Origin: Mobula hypostoma
Lineage: Eukaryota
Length of the DNA: 64,000 nucleotides
NCBI RefSeq assembly: GCF_963921235.1
Contig: NC_086108.1
Coordinates: forward strand, 54,872,001-54,936,000
Reading direction: 5' to 3'
Shown: piece after piece, positions 1-12,431 of the stretch
Position numbering within the stretch: the stretch's first letter is position 1
Layout of the letters: each line of letters opens with the position of its first letter
Translations under genes and position numbers: made by a program
Notes under the pieces: model-generated
What the model was told of the DNA's origin: nothing
Seen by the model: the letters and a program-made list of their open reading frames with translations, nothing else
Database searches by the model: none

Positions 1-239
1 TCATACAAAAATCCATTTGATCACATATGCCCTTCAGGGAACTGAATTCTCCATCCTTGCCCAGTCTGGCCTGTACACAACTCCAGAAGCACCCCAAGCA
101 GTTGGCTCTTAAGTGCCCGAACAAAGCCACTCTGTTAGCCACTCATGCTTCAATACTGTTGCATTCAAACAGAAAGAAATAAAAATGGACATAGATACCG
201 ACACTGAATTTCAACATAAAGTTGGTCTCTATGTGGCCA

Positions 240-720
240 AGCTGGCAAAATCCTCCTCACAAACATCTAGGGCCTAGTCTAGACTGGGAAACTGCTTAGG
301 CAACAGCTTGGCGTGGCTTTTCTCACAGAATGATACCATGCAGATACTGTACCAGACACCTCCATCACAAGCCTTGGGTACGTCGTGTCCAATGGCAGTA
401 CAGCTCACAAGAGGTGATAGCACAAGTGATATATATTTAAGAAAGAGTATCTGTTAGAGCCCTCAACATTGACTCCAGATTCCATGAAATGTCATGGTCG
501 CAGGTCCAATGGTGAAAAATTCTCAGAATTGAGCAATCTTCGAAATAATACTGAAAATGGGAAGATTACAGAATGAACTCTGGATGAACTTCAAGAGTGG
601 TTTGTCAGCACCAGCACTTACCAAGCTGGCTGAGTATCCAAGGCAATAGCTGCCGGTCAGAATCTGTGGTAGCAACTGGGTGAACCAACAGGAGGATTGA
701 CCATTTTACCTGTGGCAGGT
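240..720 (+). mobile_element. Highly degraded LINE fragment (APE endonuclease region, CR1/L2 group)
   Basis: Resembles from memory the endonuclease-coding 5' part of a chondrichthyan LINE (cagacacctccatcac...gggtacgtcgtgtcc...ctcaacattgactc). No ORF remains. Confidence 0.4.
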
Positions 721-869
721 GTATCAGTTTCCAAAAGCACTTATAGCCGTGACACTGAGCAATCCTTGACTTCATGCTGGTAAAGGTGCATCTACTAAGT
801 ACTGATTTGAAAGAGCTGAGTAATTATGCAATTATTTTGAGTTTAATCATTGCAATAAATTTAGACTAA

Positions 870-1005
870 TTAGTAGAAATTTGTTTTGCACTTTGACGGA
901 GAAGTGTCTTTGCTGTTGATCAGTGTCAGAAAAGCCAAATTAAATCCACTGTAATTCAATGTTGTAAAATAATAAAACACGAATACTTTTTATCAACATT
1001 GTATA
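870..1005. mobile_element. Tc1-like transposon terminal remnant
   Basis: tgttgatcagtgtcagaaaagccaaattaaatccactgtaattcaatgttgtaaaataataaaac...gaatactttt...tgta resembles fish Tc1 terminal repeats ending at TA. Only one end is seen. Confidence 0.55.
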
Positions 1006-1009
1006 TATA

Positions 1010-1575
1010 TGAAACACTCTGGTTTTGTTGGCTGCGTAAGTCGAGGGAAGGCAATCTCTGGCCCCACCAAATTTGGGAGATGGAAGCACAAGCCCCCCAC
1101 AAAACCCCCTGTTTCTGGGATGCTGCGTAAAATTCATTACCCTATTACAAATAGGGACCACGAAATAACAGATAGTGCATTGCATTCAATTAAATGATTT
1201 AGCTTTATAATTCTTAATTTGACTAAGGGGTTAGTAAAGAAAAAACAAAAAGAAAAGGGCTGATTTTAATGAAACAGTCTAATGTGCACAAGTTGGAGCT
1301 CATGGTTTCCCATTTGCTGATCCTCCTTTGGTTTCCCCAGGCTTCGTTGAATCATGGCCCCGCTCTGGGTCGAGCCCTACAACCTCTTCTCTCCAACATC
1401 CTCTCCCTTCATCTCCTGCCGAACAAAAGACCCCACTCACCCCGGTGTCAGGCACACATTGTGAAAAACACACTCCCTTCATTGGACAGCTCACATTCCA
1501 AAGCACTCGTTATCTCTAACCATAACAGCTTCTACAGAAAGACATTAGCAGTGAAACCTTTCCCAGGGTGTTGCA
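1010..1575 (-). mobile_element. Solo LTR (family X)
   Basis: TG...CA termini, flanked by TATA on both sides. It is the reverse-complement homolog of 16520-17109 (shared ggttagagataacgagtgctttggaatgtgagctgtccaat and gagctccaacttgtgcacatt). Confidence 0.85.
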
Positions 1576-1635
1576 TATATTTTCCCCATTCTTTAAATTG
1601 AACCTCTATTTAAAAGACTGGAATCTCCGATCCTA

Positions 1636-2612
1636 TACTAGGTCAGATTGATCAACACTGGTGCACCTCAGGGGTGTGTGCTTAGTACACTGCTCTACTC
1701 TCTCCATACCCATGACTGTGTGGCTAGGCATAGCTCAAATACCATCTATAAATTTGCTGATGATACAACCATTTTTGGTAGAATCTCAGATGGTGACAAG
1801 GGGGCGTACAGGAGTGAGATATGCCAACTAGTGGAGTGGTGTTGCAGCAACAACCTGGCACTCAACGTCAGTATGACGAAAGAGCTGATTGTGGACTTCA
1901 GGAATGGTAAGATGAAGGAACATGTACCAATCCTCATTGGAGAAAGTGAGCAGTTTCAAGTTCCTGGGTGTTAAGATCTCTAAGGATCTAACCTGGTCCC
2001 AACATATCGATGCAGCTACAAAGAAGGCAAGACAGCTTCTATACTTCATTAGGAGTTTGAAGAGATTTGGTATGTCATCAAGCACACTCAGAAACGTCTA
2101 TAGATGTACCATGGAGAGCATTCTGACAGGCTGCATCACTGTCTGGTATGGGGTGGGGGGGGGGGGTTGGCTGCTGCACAGGACCGAAAGAAGCTACAGA
2201 GAGAGGGTTGTAAATTTAGTCGGCTCCATCTTGGGTACTAGCCTACAAAGTACCCAGGACATTTTCAAGGAGCGGTGTCTCAGAAAGGCAGCATCCATTA
2301 TTAAGGACCCCCAGCACCCAGGGCATGCCCTTTTCTCACTGTTACCATCAGGTAGGAGATATAGAAGCCTGAAGGCACACACTCAGTGATTCCCCTCTGC
2401 CATACGATTCCTAAACGGACATTGATCCCCTGAACACTGCTTCACTTTTTTAATATATATTATTTCTGTTTTGCACGATTTTTAATCTATTCATTATACA
2501 TATACTGTAATTATTTTTTTCTTCTATATTGTTTATTGCTTTGGACTGCTGCTGCTAAGTTAACAAATTTCACGACACATGCCAGTGATAATAAACCTGA
2601 TTCTGATTCTGA
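1636..2612 (+). mobile_element. Rex1/Babar-clade LINE, 5'-truncated and frameshifted
   Basis: ORFs 1648-1974 (GAPQGCVLS, KFADD, NVSMTKELIVDFR) and 1922-2389 (FKFLG, LPSGRRYRS), followed by a (attctg)n tail. Confidence 0.9.
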
Positions 2613-2619
2613 TGCAAAA

Positions 2620-3081
2620 CGAAGAGCTTCACAACATATGCCAGTTATATTAACCCTGATTCTGATTCTGACTGAAATGGTATGATCTGGCTTCATGGAC
2701 TTCCAGAGTTCCAGCAGGTCTTCACACCACCAGGTTCAGGAACAATTATTACCCCTCAACCATCACGCTCTTAGACCAGAAGGAGTAACTTCGTTCGCCT
2801 CATCACTGAACTGTTCCCATAATCTATGGGCTCGCTTTCAAAGATTCTTCATCTCATGTTCTTGCTATTTATCACTTATTCTTTATTTTTTTTTCTTTTT
2901 GTATTTACACAGTTTGTTCTAATTTGCACGTTGATTGTTTATCTGTTCTGTAGGGTGTGGTCTTTCATTGATTCTATTGAGTTTCTTGTATTTACTGTGA
3001 CTGCCTACAGGAAAATGAATCACAGGGTCGTATATGATGATATGTACATACTTTAATAATAAATTTGCTCTGAACTTTTGA
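2620..3081 (+). mobile_element. Two further Rex-type 3'-end fragments
   Basis: A second (attctg)n tail near 2660, then caccaggttcaggaac...aataaatttgctctgaac, which matches the 3' UTRs at 13150-13480 and 43683-44000. Confidence 0.7.
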
Positions 3082-4749
3082 TATTAAAAGACCATCTGGG
3101 CTGAAATGACCAGTTTCTATGCTAAATATTTTATAGTTTGCTTCACTCATTAACTAGAATTCCATTAATTACCCTCCTCCCTTTCACCCTCAGACTTATT
3201 TCTTCTCAAGCCTCTGATTGTGCTTTGCTTGAATATTGCACTTCGTCTTGATGTCAAATGTTCATTTTTCATAATTCTACCTGTAAAAAGTTTAAAAGTT
3301 GAGAACAGATTTAAAAGAGGTGCTGAGAATTGCAGGAATTTGTGGAAACAAGGAATTATTTCCATTATGTTTGGTAAATCTGAAACATAAAATTAATTGA
3401 AAGAAAAAACATGGAGCCGGGGATAACTCCTGTACATAGTTTATTCTACTTTAGTGAGGCGTGCATTTGTGATGTGGTAGCATAATGATGTATGCTATTC
3501 ACATACTTTTATATGTAACCTGTAATTAATTAGAATAACAAAGAATGCTAAATCAAACAATATATTCACAATATTACTCACATTACTGATATATTAAATA
3601 CATAACACTCCTCCCTGGTTAGCTATAAATTCCAACTCAATATAGAACGCATCTTAACTTGTTTGCATTCTGTATATATACAGTATACTATATAATATAA
3701 ATACTATATTGATCTCTACAGCTTGTAAGTTGTCCCATTCAGGCCTAAAGATTTAATTTCTTACTTTTGTGGGATAATGCCTTTCCTGACAAAGGGGTCC
3801 AATCTGCTTGGCTGGTGAGACTTTTGACTGTGAAACTATTTCAGACTCTGAGGCATCCTCTATGGTGGTTGTAGAAGTTGACTCTGACACTATAGGAAGT
3901 GGTTCTAACATCTCTGGACACCTTTCTTCTCTAACAATTGCCTCTGCTCTCTTCAACTGACTGATGTGTCATCTCCAGCTGACATTAGATGCAAACTCTG
4001 CTGCGCAGGAGAGTGGTCCAATTCTGTACTTAATCTTTAAAAGTACCCACTTTTGCTCATCTCTGTAGTTCCTTGCCAGGACTGCTTGTCCAGGAGTAAA
4101 GCATCAAACCTTGTTTAAGGAACCCTCAATTTGTCTCAGCTTTCTATTCTGCATAGTACTTCTGAGACTGGCTTTGAGGAGATCGAAGCATGAATGCAGC
4201 ACAGGAACAGCATAGCTCATGAGTTGTTGGTTGTGGAGTGTGCTGCATTGTGATATACAAGGAGGAATTTGGTGAGCTTTTGATTCAGTGTCAGTGTGGT
4301 GTGCTCTGCTGATATTGCTTGCAGTAAATTCTGGACAATCCTTTCCACCAAGCCATTTGTCGCTGGGTGGTCTGGGACAGATGTAATACATCTTATTCCA
4401 TTCATTTTCAGGAATAACTGAAACTGTTTTGCCATAAACTGTAGTCCATTGTCACTTACAGAACGTTCTGGAACACCAGTCCTTCAGAAGTGGCTTCTCA
4501 CACATCAGCACGTGCGAGGCTGTAGTGGAGGCTATTAGGAAAACTTCTGGCCATTTTGTAGCTGCATCATCTGGGCATGTTGACATCTTGAACAGTTCAT
4601 GGGAAGCTATTCTGCTGGTCTACTCCAGGCCACGAGACAAAGCTTTGGGCCAATGCTTTCATTTTGACCATGCCTAGATGACCACATGTAGCTTCTCCAA
4701 CACTTTTGCTCTCAGCTTGGATGGTACAACAATTCTCAATCCCTACATC

Positions 4750-5747
4750 CGGCCTCTGGTTCCAGTAAGCTGGTGACGCACTCAATTGCAGCAGCTTCTA
4801 TGGGGTCAACAAAAAGTGCTTTTGTGCTTTTTAAATATATCTTTTTACGATGGTAATACCCTACTCGATACTAAGAACTTAAAGTACTGCAAGTCTACCC
4901 CATCAGTGAGCTGCTTGTTGGCGGAGAAAATGAAGGAGCTGTGCATCGTGCTACTGTGCATTGAAGGAGGCGTACACTCCAATATTGAGTGATCGGCATG
5001 TTCACTTTTCTTGTAACGGCAAGACCCTTTTGGGTGTTGTAAATGTGGAATGCTGCAAGTTCAAATCACTGTTTTATTGGCGGAGAGCAGAGATGGGCGG
5101 CGGGGAAGCTGCGTGGCTTCAGTCTTAGCAAGGACTAGGCCTCAAGGTGTGGTGTCACCTGTCTTCAGCCGCCAGGAGAGAGGCGTCAGAGGCTGGTGCA
5201 CTCGCAGCACCCAGGCTGGAGTCGGCGCTGCACCTCCCACCAGAGTTTGCTCAACAGAAGACGAGCTGTATTGTGGTCGACTGCAGAATTCTGCAGCATT
5301 TATGGACTCAGGATTTAGACGATATATATATTTTTTGCATGGCTGTATCTTACTGATATCTTGTATGTACTTGCAATCTTGTATTTGTGAGGACGTGGTC
5401 CGAAGCTGTGGTGTCACCTGTTTATAGCCAGCAGGAGAGAGGCGTCCAGGCTGGAGTTGGTGCTGCCCTCCAGTGCTAGCTTGGCAGAAGACAAACTGTA
5501 TTGTGGTCGACGGCAGATTTCTGTGGCATTCATGGCTCAGATCTGGACTTTTTTTTTGTGTGGCTGTATTTTACTGATGTATTACACGTGCTTGCTATCT
5601 TGTATGTGCTATGTGTGCTTTGTGCTGTGTGACTGTTGGTACTGTGTTTTGTACCTTGGCTTGACACTGGAAAAACGCTGTCTCATTTGGCTGTATCCAT
5701 GGTATTCACATATTGTTAAATGACAATTAAACTTGAATTGAATTGAG
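4750..5747 (+). mobile_element. Non-autonomous element with Rex/LINE-like ends and (ttgaa)n tail, inserted in the Gypsy integrase
   Basis: The host pol reading continues across it (...IDIGCFM | GLRIVVPS...). Both ends are homologous to 36083-36905. It has an internal imperfect duplication (about 5145-5390 and 5405-5605). Confidence 0.75.
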
Positions 5748-6969
5748 CATGAAGCAACCTATGTCAATGGCAAGTTCATCCTGGTGCTGGTAAAGATGGA
5801 GGAACTGGAATTTCTGCTGGTCATTCCAGCCATTTTGAGTTGCCATGTAGACCTGAGACAGTGTGGGATCTTTTCTCTTTTGCCTTTGGATCATCTCTGT
5901 TGTAAAAGGAGAGACATTTGATTTGCATTGGGGAGAATACATCAAGAGCAATGCCCCCTTTTGTAAATTTTTTAGGTATTTCCTTTTCCTTTGCTGACAG
6001 TCCATCAGCATTTCTACGTTTAGTCATCCTCTTAAATTCAATCTTGTAATTGTGCCCTCCAAGAAATAGAGCCCATCTCTACATTTGTGCTGCTGCTTTT
6101 AGTGGAACACCTTTCTGTGGATTGAAAATGGGTATCAGTGGTTGATGACCAGTAATGAGGGTAAATTCATTCCCATACAAGTACTGGTTGAAATGTTTTG
6201 TATGCCAAACCAGACTCAAACTCTCTCTTGTCAATCTGTGCATAATTTTTCTCTGCAGCGGTAAGGGAATGTGGTGCAAAGTCCATGGGACATTAATTTC
6301 TATCAGTTTAGCATGTCAGATGACTGCACCTATACCATAAGGCGAGGCATCACAGGCAAGCTTCACTATTTGGTGTGAATCTTAATGTGTGAGTACAGTG
6401 CCTGATGTCACCATTTCCTTCTCCGTTTGGAAAGCCACCTCACAATGCTTCGTCCATTGCCGTTTCCTCCTCATCTATAGTAATGAGTTCAAGGGGTGGT
6501 GCACATTAGCTAGGTTTGGCAGGAACATATTATAGTAATTGATAAATCCTAAAAAGGAACCACAATTGTGACATGCCCTCTGGCATCCACTGCTGCTTGA
6601 ATTTTCTCAGCATACTTGTGTAATACTTGTGAATCAATGGTGTGATCACAGTAAGTGATGGTTGGTTTAAAGAATTCACACTTGTTGCATCATTCTCAGA
6701 GTCCATAATCTTTATAACACTGTCTTGAGATTTTGGAGCTGTGCTTGTCATCCTTTCCAGTAACAATGATGTCATTCAAGTAACGCTGAGTGCCTGGATG
6801 GCCTTGCAGTATCTCGTCTATAGCTTTCTGCCGGAGTGCAAGTGCAGCTGCTACTCCAAAAATAAGCCTGTGGTAGTGATATTACCTTTTGTGTGTGTTT
6901 AGTAAGAAACATTTTGGACTCTTATTCCATTTCCATCTGTAGGAAGACCTCAGCTAATTCCATTTTGAT

Positions 6970-7815
6970 GAGGTACAGTCGACGTTTCAGGCCGAGACCT
7001 TTTGTCAGGACTAACTGAAAGAAGAGATAGTAAGAGATTGAAAGTGGGAGGGGGAGGGGGAAGGGGAGATCTGAAATGATAGGAGAAGACAGGAGGGAGG
7101 GTTGGAGCCAAGAGCTGGACAGGTGATTGGCAAAAGGGATATGAGAGGATCATGGGACAGGAGACCTGCGGAGAAAGAAAAGGGGGAGGGGGGAAGCCCA
7201 GAGGATGAGCAAGGGGTATAGCGAGAGGGACAGAGGGGAAAAAAAGGAGAGAGAGAAAAAGAATTGTGTATGTAAATAAATAATGGATGGGGTACGAGGG
7301 GGAGGTTGGGCATTAGCGGAAGTTTGAGAAGTCATGTTCATGCCATCAGGTTGGAGGCTACCCAGACGGAATATAAGGTGTTGTTCCTCTAACCTGAGAG
7401 TGGCTTCACCTTTACAGTAGAGGAGGCCGTGAATAGACATGTCAGAATGGGAATGGGATGTGGAATTAAAATGTGTGGCCACTGGGAGATCCTGCTTTCT
7501 CTGGCGGACAGAGCGTAGGTGTTCAGCGAAGCGATCTCCCAGTCTGTGCCGGGTCTCGCCAATATATAGAAGGCCACATCGGGAGCACCGGACGCAGTAT
7601 ATCACCCCAGCCGACTCACAGATGAAGTGTCGCCTCACCTGGAAGGACTGTTTGGGGCCCTGAATGGTGGTGAGGGAGGGAGTGTAAGGGGATGTGTAGC
7701 ACTTGTTCTGCTTCCAAGGATAAGTGCCACTCCCCCTCGTACCCCATCCATTATTTATTTATTTATATACGCACATTCTTTTTCTCTCTCTCTTTTTTCT
7801 CCCTCTGTCCCTTGT
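6970..7815 (-). mobile_element. Penelope-like element 3' part: GIY-YIG endonuclease and pseudo-LTR, with an inverted partial repeat
   Basis: ORF 7150-7638 (VIYCVRCSRCGLLYIGET...RFAEH...HFN...E..LIFRLGSLQPDGMN). 7727-7815 is an inverted copy of about 7223-7310. A hammerhead-like motif lies at 6976-7013 with a mutated core (CUGACAA). Confidence 0.92.
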
Positions 7816-8645
7816 CTGCTGTGGTATTATCCGATATCTTAATTTACTTTAGGATGATTCTATTACAGGGGATGTGGCACGCAAATAGTGGAAGGATCTC
7901 CAATCAAGCCTAGTTGTCTCAGCCACTCAAATCCCCACAATGCTGGCCCTCCTGTTTTGGTCACATACAAGACAAATATGGCTTGTTTTTTGTTATATTT
8001 AACTGTTAAAATGTCATTCTCACAGGAGTTATTTTTACTCCAGTATAGGCTCTCAGTTGGATGTCTGTAGGCTTCAGTTTGGTATCTTTGAATCGCCATC
8101 CGAACTCATTTGTGGAATGACTGAAACAGCCGAGCTAGTGTCCAATTCTATTTTAATTAATTTCCCATTCACTTCACTATACCCCATATTGCTTGTCTAT
8201 GGTTAGCTTTCATATTTTAAATCTCAAGGCTATCTAAACCCATGACACTTTCATGATTATCAGATTTTTCCTCAACAGCATGCAGATTAGTGCTCTTTTT
8301 GAAAATGCAACTTGACTTTTTATCTTTTTCTTTTCCCTGTGCAGTCCATTTACTTGTGTCTGCCTGACATGCTCTTTGTATGAGTCCAACTTTGTTGTAT
8401 TTTCTGCAAGTTTCACCTTTAAATCAGCTTTGGTCTGGTGTATTTGAGCCCTTGCCACAACAGCAGCACAATTTGTTTAGCCAGGCTAGTTTCTGTTTAG
8501 ATGTTGCAATTTTGTTGACATTCCCTTTCATTCCTGACTGTAACTCCATTGTGTCTCTGTCTGCTGTTTCCATTGACACAGCCATTTCAACTGCTCTTTT
8601 AAATGTTAGTTGTTCCAGTTAGGAGCCATTCTTAAATGCTTTCTT

Positions 8646-9346
8646 GTGATCCCTGTTTCCATCCAGGAGGTCAGTGTGGACATGGTGGAGGATTACAAAT
8701 GCCTGGGGATACAAATTGACAATAAACTGGACTGGTCAAAGAACACCGAGGCTGTCTACAAGGAGGGTCAGAGCCGTTTCTATTTCCTGAGGAGACTGAG
8801 GTCCTTTAACATCTGCCGGACAATGCTGGGAATGTTCTACGAGTCTGTGGTGGCCAGTGCTATCATGTTTGTTGTTGTGTGCTGGGGCAGCAGGCTGAGG
8901 GTAGCAGACACCAACAGAATCAACAAACTCATTCGTAAGGCCAGTGATGTTCTGGGGATGGAACTGGACTCTCTGACGGTGGTGTCTGAAAAGAGGATGC
9001 TGTTGAAGTTGCATGCCATCTTGGACAATGTCTCCCATCCACTACATAATGTACTGGTGGGGCACAGGAGTACATTCAGCCAGAGACTCATTCCACCGAG
9101 ATGCAGCACTGAGCGTAATAGGAATTCATTCCTGCCTGTGGCCATAAAACTTTACAACTCCTCCCTTGGAGAGTCAGACACCCTGAGCCAATAGGCTGGT
9201 CCTGGACTTATTTCATAATTTCCTGGCATAATTTACATATTACTATTTAACTATTTATGGGTTCTATTACTATTTATTATTTATGGAGCAACTGTAACGA
9301 AAACCAATTTTCCCCGGGATTAATAAAGTATGACTATGACTATGAC
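8646..9346 (+). mobile_element. Rex1/Babar LINE 3' fragment inside Gypsy gag
   Basis: ORF 8610-9194 (YKCLGIQIDNKLDWSKNT...RFYFLRRLRSFN...SFLPVAIKLYN) and a (tatgac)n tail. Confidence 0.88.
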
Positions 9347-9699
9347 AATGTAAGGTTCCATAAATTACCCAATCTTTAATTCAACATTCAGCCACTACAG
9401 AACTGGTAGTCCTCAGACAATTTCTTCAATTCAGTCATGTAAGCTGAAATGATCTCCCCTTCCTTTTGATTGTGCTTATGAAACATAAAGCGTTCTGCAA
9501 TTACCAATGGCTTCAGATCTAAGTGTTCCTGCATTACTTTCATGACATCAGTAAAGCTTACTTAGGCTGGTTTGGTTGGAGCAGTTAAACTTATAAGGAA
9601 ACTGAGTTCATTTCCATCTATTACACTCAGCAACACTGGCACTCCCTTTGCAATGGTTATTTCATCTGCTTCACCTCTGTTTTTATGATTATTATCATC

Positions 9700-10158
9700 C
9701 TGTTTAGAAAGACTGGATCGGCTAGGCTTATACTCTCTGGAATTTAGAAGATTGAGGGGGGATCTTATTGAAACGTATAAAATCCTAAAGGGATTGGACA
9801 GGCTAGATGTAGGAAGATTGTTCCCGATGTTGGGTAAGTCCAGAACGATGGGTCACAGTTTGAGGATAAAGGGGAAGCCTTTTAGGACTGAGATGAGGAA
9901 AAACTTCTTCACACAGAGAGTGGTGAATCTGTGGAATTCTCTGCCACAGGAAACAGTTGAGGCCAGTTCATTGGCTGTATTTAAGAGGGAGTTAGATATG
10001 GCCCTTGTGGCTAAAGGGATCAGGGGGTATGGAGAGAAGGCAGGTACAGGGTTCTGAGTTGGATGATCAGCCATGATCGTACTGAATGGCGGTGCAGGCT
10101 CGAAGGGCCGAATGGCCTACTCCTGCACCTATTTTCTATGTTTCTATGTTTCTATGTT
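9700..10158 (+). mobile_element. CR1 LINE 3' fragment
   Basis: RGDLIETYKIL...FFTQRVVNLWNSLP, then a 3' UTR with a (tttctatg)n tail. Confidence 0.92.
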
Positions 10159-10217
10159 TATGAACCTGTGAATTATGGTTTGTAATTTTGTAATTATGGT
10201 TTGAATTATGGTTTGTA

Positions 10218-11668
10218 GAACTGGAGAATGGCTCATGTTGTTCCGTTGTTTAAAAAAGGATCGAGAAGTAATCCAGGAAATTATAGGCCAGTAAGTTTGA
10301 CGTCGGTAGTGGGTAAGTTATTGGAGGGAGTACTAAGAGACAGAATCTACAAGCATTTGGATAGACAGGGACTTATTAGGGAGAGTCAACATGGCTTTGT
10401 TCATGGTAGGTAATGTTTGACCAATCTATTGGAGTTTTTTGAGGAGGTTACCAGGAAAGTGGATGAAGAGAAGGCAGTGGATGTTGTCCACATGGACTTC
10501 AGTAAGGCCTTTGACAAGGTCCCGCATGGGAGGTTAGTTAGGAAAATTCAGTCATTAGATATACATGGAGAGGTGGTAAACTGGATTAGACATTGGCTCA
10601 ATGGAAGAAGCCGAAGAGTGGTAGTAGAGGATTGCTTCTCAGAGTGGAGGCCTGTGACTAGTGGTGTGCCAAAGGGATCAGTGCTGGGTCTGTTGCTATT
10701 TGTCATCTATATCAATGATCTGGATGATAATGTGGTAAATTGGATCAGCAAATTTGCTGATGATACAAAGATTGGAGGTGTAGTGGACAGTGAGGAAGGT
10801 TTTCAAAGCTTGCAGAGGGATTTGGAGCAATTGGAAAAGTGGGCTGAAAAATGGCAGGTGGAGTTTAATACAGACAAGTGTGAGGTATTGCACTTTGGAA
10901 GGACAAATCAAGGTAGAGCATACAGGGTAAGTGGTAAGGCACTGAGGAGTGCAGTAGAACAGAGGGATCTGGGAATTCAGATACAAAATTCCCTAAAAGT
11001 GGCGTCACAGGTAGATAGGGTCGTAAAGATAGCTTTTGGTACATTGGCCTTTATTAATCAAAGTATTGAGAATAAGAGCTGGAATGTTATGGTGAGGTTG
11101 TATAAGGCATGGGTGAAGCCGAATCTGGAGTATTGTGTTCAGTTTTGGTCACCAAATTACAGGAAGGATATTAATAAGGTTGAAAGAGTGCAGAGAAGGT
11201 TTACAAGGATGTTGCCGGGACTTGAGAAAGTGGGTTACAGAGAAAGGTTGAATAGGTTAGGACTTTATTCCCTGGAGCGTAGAAGAATGTGGGAGATTTG
11301 ATAAAGGTATATAAAATTATGATGAGTATAGATAGAGTGAATGCAAGCAGTATTTTTCCACTGAGGCAAGGGAAGAAAAAAACCAGAGGATATGGGTTAA
11401 GGGTGAGGGGGGAAAAGTTTAAAGGGAACATTAGGTGGGGCTTCTTCACACAAAGAGTGGTGGGAGTGTAGAATGAGCTGCCAGACGAGGTGGTAAATGC
11501 GGGTTCTTTTTTAACATTTAAGAATAAATTGGACAGATACATGGATGGGAGGTGTATGGAGGGATATGGCCCGTGTTCAGGTCAGTGGGACTAGGCAGAA
11601 AATGGTTCGGCACAGCCCAGAAGGGCCAAAAGGCCTGTTTCTGTGCTGTAGTTTTTCTATGTTTTCTA
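10218..11668 (+). mobile_element. CR1 LINE subfamily B, 5'-truncated
   Basis: NYRPVSLTS, DFSKAFD, GSVLG, KFADD motifs. Near-identical to 48352-49799 and 57544-59821. Confidence 0.95.
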
Positions 11669-11824
11669 ATTCCAGAACAGAATTCTAATCAAAAGATAAA
11701 CACAGGGCACTGGAGGTAATGTGTGTCTACTTAGTTTTTACTTCAGTGAGGCATGCATTTGTGATGTAATGACATAATGACGCATGCCATTCATATACTT
11801 TCACATATAACTCAATGAATTATG

Positions 11825-12431
11825 TAGAGTAGAGCTACTAGGACTTGACGTTTCAATCCGTATGGTAAGTTGGCACTCTCGATGTTGACAGTGGGTTTGG
11901 AGTGGTGACAAGGAGGGAGGGTAGGTATGTCATCGGGGTCATCAGGTGGGCACCCTCCTTCTTTGACGTTTTGTTGATAAGCCCACGACGTCTCCAGAGG
12001 GCTCAATGGTGCTACCTGGCGTCCCAGATACTCCCCCTTCAGTTCCATACCCTCCTGTCTTCTTTTTCAGCCCAGTTGTTGTCTTTCCTTTTAATATCAA
12101 TCCAATTGCTGCTTTCTTCTGCTGCATTTGACAAGGACTTGATTGTTTGTTGGAGGGAGTGACCCCTCACCCCCATTTTCTTCAATAGACTGGTCGTAGA
12201 TGTAGCAACGAATCCCCTGCATCCCACTTCTACAGGGAAAATCTTGGTCTTCCAGCCGTTCTGGGCAGCTTCAGTTGCCAGTTCAGAGTACTCGGTCTTT
12301 TTCTTCTCATAAGCTTCTTCAACACCATCTTCCCATGGTACTGTCGATTCCACAACGTATGCCAGCTTGGCTATTGTGGACCACAGGACCACGTCTGGCC
12401 GGAGTGTTGTAGCCGTAATGTCTGGGGGAAA
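11825..12431 (-). mobile_element. HERO-type (restriction-like endonuclease) non-LTR retrotransposon, 3' fragment
   Basis: ORF 12039-12434 (TLRPDVVLWS...VESTVPWE...KKKTEYSEL...GWKTKIFPVEVGCRGFV) has the PD-(D/E)xK RLE pattern. A 3' UTR and short (ctact)-like tail follow. It splits the Gypsy LTR. Confidence 0.85.
11929..12003 (-). ncRNA. Candidate permuted hammerhead-like ribozyme in the HERO 3' UTR
   Basis: Minus strand reads GACGUC^GUGGGC...AAAACGUC...GCCCAC-CUGAUGA. Helices I and III are perfectly complementary, GAAA reads AAAA, and helix II is weak. Confidence 0.55.

Noticed and set aside
7150..7638. GIY-YIG ORF as a host or homing nuclease gene
   Set aside because: It lies in a truncated Penelope element with a pseudo-LTR, and similar fragments recur at 20925 and 54975.
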